From: a phage
Reading direction: 5' to 3' (one strand)
Sequence record: NC_135731.1
DNA length: 64,000 bases
The notes under the pieces were generated by a model. The model had not been told where the DNA came from, searched no databases, and worked only from the letters and a program-made list of their open reading frames with translations. Both the position numbers and the translations under genes were made by a program. This document shows, piece by piece, positions 56,666-64,000 of this stretch (positions within the stretch are counted from its first letter, which is position 1; the number at the start of each line of letters is the position of its first letter).

Positions 56666-57279
56666 TGGATATTATTGTTCTTAACGCCCCACCCAGCAGT
56701 GGTAAGGATCACATTGCAGATCTCTTGTTGGAAGCTATTCCTAACTCACACCACCGTGAGGTTAAGGAGATGCTCTTCAGCGTGGCAATTAAGGCAGCTG
56801 GTGTAACTCCTCAACTCTGGAATGCACTTTATGACCGCCACTACAAAGAAGAGCCTTGCCCTTTCTTAATGATAGACGGCAAGCATGTTTCTCCGCGAGA
56901 ATGGATGATCCATTGTAGTGAAAATCTGATTAAACCTATCTTTGGTGAAGATGCTTTCGGTAAAGCCGCAGTCGCATCTTTGAAGAAAGATTTCCCTAAA
57001 GGTAAAGGGGTTGTTGTTTACTCTGATGGTGGATTCAAAGAGGAGCTGGCATGCCTTAGCGAGTACGCATACAGCACAGGTGGAGATCTGTTGTTGTTCC
57101 GTATTCACCGTGTCGGATATGACTGGGGAAATGATTCCAGAACCTATCTAAGTCTGGAAAAGAACGGAATAAAAGGGATTGAGTTCGATGTTGTAAATCC
57201 TGAAGGTGCACCTTGGGAATGTGCATCGGAGATTGTGTGCAAGTATATTGATGCTAAAGAGGCCCAAGAAGAATGTTAA
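56662..57279 (+). CDS. putative deoxynucleoside monophosphate kinase
   Basis: N-terminal P-loop-like IIVLNAPPSSGKDHIADLL, the same pattern as phage dNMP kinases (SGKD..AD). Confidence 0.5.
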   Translation: MMDIIVLNAPPSSGKDHIADLLLEAIPNSHHREVKEMLFSVAIKAAGVTPQLWNALYDRHYKEEPCPFLMIDGKHVSPREWMIHCSENLIKPIFGEDAFGKAAVASLKKDFPKGKGVVVYSDGGFKEELACLSEYAYSTGGDLLLFRIHRVGYDWGNDSRTYLSLEKNGIKGIEFDVVNPEGAPWECASEIVCKYIDAKEAQEEC

Positions 57280-57866
57280 TTGGAATTGATGTAGATTTGA
57301 CACTGGTAGATTCAGGAACAGCATGGTGGGAGTGGCTGGAGCGTTTGTATGGTCCAGCCAGTAAGACAGTCGTTAAACCTTCTAATGGGCTGATGTATTA
57401 CGATCTGTCAAAGTATTGGCCTGATCGCCCCAAAGAAAACATCATAGGACCTTTTGATTTCTGGAGTGATCCGTTCCTCTACGACTTTCTTAAGCCTGAA
57501 GAGGGGGCTATTGAGGTTATGAAAGATTTGGTGGCTCGCGGTCACAAGCTCGCATTTATCTCGGTATGCAAGAAAGGTCACCTTGCATCTAAATCAAGGT
57601 TCTTAAAGCGTTGGACCAGTGATTTTATGGATCTGGATGATCACACCCAGGGCCACGGCTTCTACGCCACACATTTCAAAGGAAATGTGGCTGTAGATGT
57701 TATAATTGACGACAGGCATGAATACCTAAACCAATTCGCTTCACGACCTGAAGTTATTAAAATCCTAAAAGATACGCCTTATGAGCAATTCGAGGAGTTA
57801 AAGGTCAGTGTTGACTATACCGCTAATAGCTGGTATAAAATAGGAAAGTTTTTAGAAGGTATTTGA
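57273..57866 (+). CDS. HAD-superfamily hydrolase, putative 5'(3')-deoxyribonucleotidase
   Basis: N-terminal HAD motif I IGIDVDLTLVD and downstream VIIDD. Confidence 0.45.
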   Translation: MLIGIDVDLTLVDSGTAWWEWLERLYGPASKTVVKPSNGLMYYDLSKYWPDRPKENIIGPFDFWSDPFLYDFLKPEEGAIEVMKDLVARGHKLAFISVCKKGHLASKSRFLKRWTSDFMDLDDHTQGHGFYATHFKGNVAVDVIIDDRHEYLNQFASRPEVIKILKDTPYEQFEELKVSVDYTANSWYKIGKFLEGI

Positions 57867-57867
57867 A

Positions 57868-58068
57868 ATGGGTAGATGTTCTAAAGGTGGCGATCCTGTA
57901 GTCAGATACGGTGACTGGCTAGAGGTATATGATCTGGGAGGTAAGCTAGTGTATGCCTCCAGGATCACCCAAGACATGTGCTCTGATATGCTTAACAGAT
58001 ACCTTGCATTTAAGGCTAACATAAACCCAGACGAAATTTCCAAAATTAAAACAAGGAGAGCTAAATAA
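57868..58068 (+). CDS. hypothetical protein
   Basis: 66-aa ORF. Confidence 0.25.
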   Translation: MGRCSKGGDPVVRYGDWLEVYDLGGKLVYASRITQDMCSDMLNRYLAFKANINPDEISKIKTRRAK

Positions 58069-59051
58069 TGCTAAAACTGTGCACTGCAAAGATCATTGCT
58101 GACAGTATTTCCGAGAAAGGTAAGCGTATCACCACTTTTGAGCTAGAGTATCCTCGAATTATTCACTCAGAGCTTATGACACATCGAGTGTTCAGCCGAA
58201 ACGCCATGTCTTCCCGTGCAGTGCCTGTCGGCAAGATGCTACAACAGATTGTGGAGAATCCGGCAATGCCAGTTCGCTTCGGTGTAAATAAGCGTGGGAT
58301 GGAAGATGGTGGGGAACACGATCAAAAGATCCGTGTAGAGTACACTGACATGGAGTTAACTCCTGAAGAGTTTTGGAAAGAAGCTGCAAAAAACGCCGCT
58401 TGGCATGCAGAGAAGTTCGCCCTTGCTGGTTACCATAAGCAAGTATGTAACCGCTTGGTGGAGCCGTTTCAGCGCATGAAAACAGTTGTAACAAGCACAG
58501 AGTGGAATAATTTCTTCCATCTCCGTTGCTGGCACGATGCTGACCCTACTATTCAGATGTTGGCTAATTGCATGTGGGAGGCTCTTATGAATAGCACTCC
58601 TGAAATCCTTAAACCTGGTCAATGGCACACACCATATGTAGAGCACGTTTATTTGGACGGCGAGTTTAACTATGCTGTACGTGACACAGAAGGAAAGCTT
58701 TGCATTCTCGATACTGGAGAAGCTCTGTCTATTAGTGCTAGTTGCTGTGCACAAGTATCTTATCGAAATATTGACAGCACGTTTGAAAAGGCAGACAGTG
58801 TGGCTAAAAAATTGATTGGTGGGGATCGTATTCATGCAAGCCCTTACGAGCACCAGGCAACACCTATGGATCACGATAACGCAATGGAACGTTTAAACTA
58901 CTATCTATCTTCATGTGAAATCACACAAGACAGCTGTGTTTGGCAGGAAGGTGTAACCCATCAAGACCGTGATGGTAAATTCTGGTCTGCCAACTTTTGT
59001 GGGTGGGTTCAGCACAGACAACTGCTTAATAACCACTTCGTGAAAGGTTAA
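58068..59051 (+). CDS. thyX: ThyX-like flavin-dependent thymidylate synthase homologue (motif variant)
   Basis: segment THRVFSRNAMSSRA aligns to the ThyX signature RHRxxxxxxxSxRY with first Arg replaced by Thr; 327 aa with Cys-rich C-terminal extension. Confidence 0.5.
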   Translation: MLKLCTAKIIADSISEKGKRITTFELEYPRIIHSELMTHRVFSRNAMSSRAVPVGKMLQQIVENPAMPVRFGVNKRGMEDGGEHDQKIRVEYTDMELTPEEFWKEAAKNAAWHAEKFALAGYHKQVCNRLVEPFQRMKTVVTSTEWNNFFHLRCWHDADPTIQMLANCMWEALMNSTPEILKPGQWHTPYVEHVYLDGEFNYAVRDTEGKLCILDTGEALSISASCCAQVSYRNIDSTFEKADSVAKKLIGGDRIHASPYEHQATPMDHDNAMERLNYYLSSCEITQDSCVWQEGVTHQDRDGKFWSANFCGWVQHRQLLNNHFVKG

Positions 59052-59080
59052 TCCTATCACAGCGATAGGTAACTTCTGTG

Positions 59081-59109
59081 TTGACTAATAGTATTAGATA
59101 GTCTATAAT
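59081..59109 (+). promoter_or_regulatory. sigma70 consensus promoter (plus strand)
   Basis: TTGACT (59081..59086), 17-nt spacer, TATAAT (59104..59109), upstream of 59142..59615 and the nrd genes. Confidence 0.6.
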
Positions 59110-59141
59110 AATGGCTCACTTTCTTTGTTGGTGAGCCAGAA

Positions 59142-59615
59142 ATGGAGACAGATATGAGTAATGTTATGATTCCTAAAAAGACATTTATTTCAGTTACTTT
59201 AGATTTCCTAGCTACCGTCCCTGGGTTTAACGTTCGCACACGAAACGGTCTCCGAGCTGCACTTTTCGCCGTAGGGTTTGATTTAAAAAATATTGACGTT
59301 CTTCGTGGAAAAAACGTTAGATGCAAAAATAAGCCAACCCATTATCGAAAGGCAGATGTATTTGCTGGTGTCATGCGTGCAGACTTTAGATACCCACAAA
59401 TGTATAACGGTGTGGATATTTTAGATGTAGATAAAGCACCCGGTGAGGCAATGCTTGTTCAAGATCTTCCGTATGATATCCCTGTAGAGGATCGTGTTAA
59501 TGTAAGAAAGTATACAAAACAATCTGAAAAGGCTGAAGATATTCATATTGTTGATGAACCTTTCAATTTTGAAGATCTGCATCGCCTGGAAAAATTATTC
59601 GGTATTGAAAGCTAA
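59142..59615 (+). CDS. hypothetical protein
   Basis: 157-aa ORF downstream of the consensus promoter. Confidence 0.3.
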   Translation: METDMSNVMIPKKTFISVTLDFLATVPGFNVRTRNGLRAALFAVGFDLKNIDVLRGKNVRCKNKPTHYRKADVFAGVMRADFRYPQMYNGVDILDVDKAPGEAMLVQDLPYDIPVEDRVNVRKYTKQSEKAEDIHIVDEPFNFEDLHRLEKLFGIES

Positions 59616-59625
59616 GGTGGTGAAG

Positions 59626-59856
59626 ATGAGTCATAACTCCAAGTGGAAGGATCTTGGTTTTGCAAGTCGGGCAGAGTATGTTGGTTGGCTTTGGTTCAAC
59701 GGCCTGACAAACGATATTAAAATGTATGATGATGTTTATTATGACGAGTATACAGGTAAAATTATAAATATCTCTGTAGAAGAGGATACCTTTATCCAGC
59801 AAGATACTGATACCTGCCTTGATAAATACGTTAATGAAGTGGAGGAAGCAAATTGA
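59626..59856 (+). CDS. hypothetical protein
   Basis: start placed at ATG 59626 after AAGGTGG RBS (track lists a longer overlapping frame from 59548). Confidence 0.3.
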   Translation: MSHNSKWKDLGFASRAEYVGWLWFNGLTNDIKMYDDVYYDEYTGKIINISVEEDTFIQQDTDTCLDKYVNEVEEAN

Positions 59857-62168
59857 TCACTAAGGTAATTAAAAGCAACGGATGTGAAGTGGCATTCGAT
59901 CCAGAACGTTTAAATAAGGCAGCTATTTTCGGTGACGACGGTAACGGCAATTGGTCACACATTGCACTGGATGCATACAAACGACTGTATGATGGATGTA
60001 CGACCAAAGAAGTTAACCAAGCTATCATAGACTCCTGTGTTAGCCGTAAAGACGAAGCACATTCCCGTATGGCTGGTCGTGTTCTTATTGGTCAGATTTA
60101 TAAAGAGGCTTTTGGAGGGTTTACAAAGATCCCTTCCTTACCATCATTTTACAATACCATGGTTGAGAAAGGGTATTGGGAGGATATGGGTTATAGCTTT
60201 ACCGAGCTAAATACTTTAGGCGCTGTTATTGACCACAGTAAAGATCTCGGTTACGGCTATGCAGTCCTTAAACAGTTTCGCGACAAATACGGGATCAAGG
60301 ATACTCTTAAAGACACCCTGTTTGAATCTCCCCAGATGATGTTTATGGGGATAGCAATGGCTGTCATGAAGAATATGCCGAAAGAACGTCGTATCGACGA
60401 TGTTGTAAAACTATACAATTATCTGTCCGACTTAAAGATCAATGCTCCGACACCGTACTTAAACGGGCTGCGCACAGGTAAGACAGGGTATGCATCTTGT
60501 TGTGTAATAAAAGCTGACGATACAGCAAAATCTATTGGTGTGGCACGTGAAGTTGCGTACACGATGACGGTTAACCAAGCAGGCATCGGCTACTACTTAT
60601 CCTCAAGATCTGCAGGCGATGGTGTTCGTGGTAACACTATTAAACATATGGGTAAGATTCCGTATTATCGAGGTATTGATGCTGGTGTTAAGGAGAACAG
60701 ACAACAATCACGTGGCGGTTCTGCAACAGTATCATTCCTTGCACTGGACCCGCAGATTGATGAGCTAATCCGTTTGAGAAACCCTATGACTGTTGCTTCA
60801 AAAAGAATCAACACCATGGACTATTCCATCGGTATTAATAGGTCGTTTATCAACCGTGTGGCTAAGAATTTAGATTGGATGCTTGTTTCTTATAAGCACG
60901 CTCCTCAACTGCATGAGGGTATCTTCACCATGTCTATGGAGGAGTTTGATGCAGAGGTTGATCGTATTGCTAAAGATGACAGTATTCCTAAAACATGGAT
61001 CCGAGCCAGAGATCTTGCTGTTGAACTGATCACGCAGCGTACTGAGGTGGGTAGGCTGTATGTATACTGGACAGATGAGATGAATAGACATACACCTTTT
61101 AAAGATGTGATCTATTCAAGTAACCTGTGTGCAGAAATAGCCCTCCCGACAAAAGGCTATTCAGATATGCGTAATATCTTCAAGTACGATGCTGATGATG
61201 GAGAGGTTGCATTGTGCTTCCTGTCATCCCTTGTAGCTGGAAGGGTTACTCCAGAGGAGTATGAGGATGTTGCATACTACACGGTGCTTATGATTGACAA
61301 TGTTATGGAAATCATGACATATCCGTATGAAAATATGGAAAGCACAGTTAAAAAACGCAGATCCATCGGGGTTGGCCTTACCAATGTTGCACATTTTATT
61401 GCCAGCCACAAGATTACTTACGGATCTCCTGAAAGTAAACAGCTCGTTCACGATCTTGCAGAACTTCACAGCTACAGCTTGCATAAGGCAAGTTTACGGT
61501 TGGCAAAAGAGCGTGGTGTCTGCGAGTGGATGCATAAAACAAAATATCCAGAAGGTTGGTTACCAATAGACACCTATAACAAAGAGGTCGATAGCGTGGT
61601 GAAAGATCCTTCTCTTAAACAGGATTGGGAAGGGTTACGTAAAGAAATCATTGAAAATGGTGGGATACGTAATAGCGTTCTTGAAGCATATATGCCTAAT
61701 GAAAGCTCTTCGCTGGCAACAAACACCACTAACGGGGTTTATCCTGTCCGTGAGCACATTATCTTTAAAAAGTCGCCACAAGGGCAGGTGCTGTTTATCG
61801 TTCCTGACTATGATGAGTTGAAAGAGTATTACACTTCGGCTTGGGACGTTGATACTAACGACATGATCGATATGTATGCTGTGATTCAAAAATTCACAGG
61901 TCAGGCAATCAGCGCGGATTTATACATCGACTACACCAAGTTGAAAGATGGTAAAATTTCAATGAAGGAGCAGCTAGGGTACCTTATCCGTGCCACTAAA
62001 TTCGGGATGAAGACATGGTATTATTTAAACTCCAGGGTTGGTGCTGGTGACTCCTTGGCAGAGGAACTTCATGCCAAGAAACAAGCTGAAGATGAAACCA
62101 GAAAGAAATATCCTTTGATTGCAGATAGTTCAGTTGAAGATCCATATTGCGAAAGTTGTGCACTATAA
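59853..62168 (+). CDS. nrdA: ribonucleoside-diphosphate reductase alpha subunit (class Ia)
   Basis: 771 aa, N-terminal ATP-cone-like region, active-site motif SNLCAEI, size equal to bacterial NrdA; followed by nrdB. Confidence 0.85.
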   Translation: MITKVIKSNGCEVAFDPERLNKAAIFGDDGNGNWSHIALDAYKRLYDGCTTKEVNQAIIDSCVSRKDEAHSRMAGRVLIGQIYKEAFGGFTKIPSLPSFYNTMVEKGYWEDMGYSFTELNTLGAVIDHSKDLGYGYAVLKQFRDKYGIKDTLKDTLFESPQMMFMGIAMAVMKNMPKERRIDDVVKLYNYLSDLKINAPTPYLNGLRTGKTGYASCCVIKADDTAKSIGVAREVAYTMTVNQAGIGYYLSSRSAGDGVRGNTIKHMGKIPYYRGIDAGVKENRQQSRGGSATVSFLALDPQIDELIRLRNPMTVASKRINTMDYSIGINRSFINRVAKNLDWMLVSYKHAPQLHEGIFTMSMEEFDAEVDRIAKDDSIPKTWIRARDLAVELITQRTEVGRLYVYWTDEMNRHTPFKDVIYSSNLCAEIALPTKGYSDMRNIFKYDADDGEVALCFLSSLVAGRVTPEEYEDVAYYTVLMIDNVMEIMTYPYENMESTVKKRRSIGVGLTNVAHFIASHKITYGSPESKQLVHDLAELHSYSLHKASLRLAKERGVCEWMHKTKYPEGWLPIDTYNKEVDSVVKDPSLKQDWEGLRKEIIENGGIRNSVLEAYMPNESSSLATNTTNGVYPVREHIIFKKSPQGQVLFIVPDYDELKEYYTSAWDVDTNDMIDMYAVIQKFTGQAISADLYIDYTKLKDGKISMKEQLGYLIRATKFGMKTWYYLNSRVGAGDSLAEELHAKKQAEDETRKKYPLIADSSVEDPYCESCAL

Positions 62169-62175
62169 TTTTAAA

Positions 62176-62189
62176 GGGGCTTCGGCCCC
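62176..62189 (+). other. intergenic stem-loop GGGGC-UUCG-GCCCC between nrdA and nrdB
   Basis: perfect 5-bp GC stem with UUCG tetraloop and no U-tract; likely mRNA stability or processing element rather than a full terminator. Confidence 0.4.
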
Positions 62190-62207
62190 TGTCTTAGAGG
62201 TAGAATA

Positions 62208-63296
62208 ATGGCTGTATTTAATGCTGAGAACACCGCTCATAAAACTGGTGACTATCCGCTGTTTCTAGGACAGCAAATGGGTATGTACGACTCTATTAAC
62301 AAAAAATATCCACAACTGTTCGAACTGTACAAAAAACAAAAAGAACAAGACTGGGCAGAGGATGAAGTGGATTTGTCGCAATCTATTTCAGATTTTGTAA
62401 CATGCTCCAAGTCAACTTATGACGTGATGGTGCAAACCTTGATGTGGCAATGGGAGGCTGATAGCGTTGCGGCAAGATCGATCATCTGCCTCTTTTCACC
62501 ATTCATCACTAATAGTGAGCTTTTCACTCTATTGATGAAACAGTCGGAGATTGAAGTTCTTCACGCACTAACTTACTCAGAGATTGTTAGACAATGCCTC
62601 CCCAATGCCCGTGAGATTATAGAAGAGATTCAGGAAAACCAAAACGTTCTGAGCAGATCCGGCGTTATTGTCAAATACATGCAAGAGCTTGAGGTTATTG
62701 GTGCAAAATATCGATTGGATCCTTCTAGTGTTGAAGAAGATACTGTGCGGAAATGCATTCTTAGAGCGCTTTTTGCACTTTTAGCTCTAGAAAGTATTGA
62801 GTTTATTGCAAGTTTTGCATGCACTTTCGCAGTAGCTGAGCAAGGTATTTTTGTTCAAGTGGCACAACTTGTTCAAAAAATTATGCTTGATGAAATGCTG
62901 CATTCGAAAGGTGATTTTGCTATCATCGATATCCTGCTTGATGATCCTGCATGGGAGCAAAGCTTCCTTGAGATTAAGGGTGAGTTAAAAGAAATTCTTG
63001 ACGAAGTGCGGACCAAGGAGTACGGTTGGAGTGACTATATTTTCAGCGAAGGAAGAGCGATTATAGGTCTTAATTCACCGTTGCTTAAAGAATGGGTTGA
63101 CTATAACTGCTCACCGATTTATGATTATTACGACATCGACAAAGACTTTGTGCCGCCAACAAAAGACCCGCTACCGTTTATGCAGGTGTGGATGAAACCC
63201 TCACTGCAACAGACGGCTAACCAGGAAATGTCTAACACAGACTACCGCGTCAACACAACCGTTAACGACGCTGAAGAAGAAATTTGGGAGTTTTAA
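62208..63296 (+). CDS. nrdB: ribonucleoside-diphosphate reductase beta subunit (class Ia)
   Basis: 362 aa with ferritin-like di-iron helices (ALESIEFIASFACTFAVAEQG, EMLHSKGDF). Confidence 0.85.
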   Translation: MAVFNAENTAHKTGDYPLFLGQQMGMYDSINKKYPQLFELYKKQKEQDWAEDEVDLSQSISDFVTCSKSTYDVMVQTLMWQWEADSVAARSIICLFSPFITNSELFTLLMKQSEIEVLHALTYSEIVRQCLPNAREIIEEIQENQNVLSRSGVIVKYMQELEVIGAKYRLDPSSVEEDTVRKCILRALFALLALESIEFIASFACTFAVAEQGIFVQVAQLVQKIMLDEMLHSKGDFAIIDILLDDPAWEQSFLEIKGELKEILDEVRTKEYGWSDYIFSEGRAIIGLNSPLLKEWVDYNCSPIYDYYDIDKDFVPPTKDPLPFMQVWMKPSLQQTANQEMSNTDYRVNTTVNDAEEEIWEF

Positions 63297-63299
63297 TAT

Positions 63300-63578
63300 A
63301 TGAGCTGCGAAAAATCTTTTTTCATCATCATTTACGGTAAGGATAACTGCCCACATTGTGTAAGAGCAAAAGAATTTGCAGTCAGCAAAGGCATACCTTT
63401 CGTATACAAGACGCTAGGTGAAGGATATACAAAAGAAGAGCTTATCGAGAAGTGTAGCCCATTTGTTCCCAGAACGTTGCCTCAGATTTTCTTAGAAAGC
63501 GACCTTGACAGTGTCCATATCGGAGGTGCTGACGATTTCATCTCTTTTGTTAAGAATGGTTTTGGAGAGAAAAAGTGA
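63300..63578 (+). CDS. glutaredoxin-like protein
   Basis: 92 aa with CPHC active site (IIIYGKDNCPHCVRAKEF) in the nrd cluster. Confidence 0.7.
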   Translation: MSCEKSFFIIIYGKDNCPHCVRAKEFAVSKGIPFVYKTLGEGYTKEELIEKCSPFVPRTLPQIFLESDLDSVHIGGADDFISFVKNGFGEKK

Positions 63579-64000
63579 AAGTTGTAAAACGGGACGGTAG
63601 AGAAGAGTTTTATAACGGAATTAAGGTGATCAAGGCGGCAGAGTCCGCCTTACTTGAGTCTGGACATACTGAAGAAGAAGCTTACCGGATTGCCTGCGCG
63701 GTTAATGAAGTTGTTGCCAATAATCTGCCAACCGACCAGTGCACGATTTCTGTAAAAAATATCCATATCCTTGTTGAAGATGCTCTTATGGATATGGGTT
63801 TAAAATGTGCAGCCCGAGAATACATCCAGTATAGACAGACAAGAGATAATAACAGAGAGGCAGGTGGAAAGCTGCTTGCAGATATTAGTGGCTTCTTGGA
63901 TCGTACTTGTGATGAATTTACAAAAGAAAACGCAAATAAGCCTACTAATCATGTACACACTCATCGTGACCTGCTTGCAGGCATCCTTAGCAAACACCTT
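63576..64000 (+). CDS. nrdD: anaerobic ribonucleoside-triphosphate reductase (N-terminal part; continues beyond window)
   Basis: GTG start overlapping glutaredoxin stop; ATP-cone VVKRDGREEFY and the NrdD motif ENANK...RDLLAGILSKH, matching E. coli NrdD (LNENANKDS...QRDLLAGIVAKHY) as recalled. Confidence 0.75.

Noticed and set aside
1-64000. Prophage or lysogeny module (integrase, CI-like repressor, attachment site)
   Set aside because: No tyrosine or serine recombinase motifs, no repressor/Cro pair and no flanking bacterial genes were seen; content is consistent with a virulent phage genome segment.

Overview
This window is a segment of a large virulent tailed-phage genome, with no integrase or repressor visible, so there is no evidence of lysogeny. 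All calls are by eye from the supplied ORF translations and sequence; no database search was run. Coordinates 2-38600 are a minus-strand late structural block: tail fibres, baseplate, tape measure, a tail-assembly chaperone with a -1 frameshift, putative tube and sheath (suggesting a contractile tail), neck, capsid, scaffold, portal, a large terminase split by two group I introns that each carry an HNH homing endonuclease, and a spanin pair. A minus-strand cluster of six tRNAs plus one atypical tRNA-like gene lies at 39017-39829. Between 40300 and 43800 are small minus-strand genes, GC-rich non-coding islands and a four-copy palindromic iteron array beside an AT-rich block. A kinase/phosphoesterase pair sits divergently from a plus-strand early block (43836-64000) that starts with an RNA-ligase-like gene and a Sir2-family gene and continues with DNA ligase, a lambda-R-like endolysin, nucleases, a methyltransferase, nucleotide-metabolism genes and nrdA-nrdB-glutaredoxin-nrdD. 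The most interesting candidates are the twin-intron terminase, the tRNA-repair-like module with the adjacent sirtuin, the iteron array (possible origin), and the receptor-binding proteins sharing an N-terminal anchor domain.
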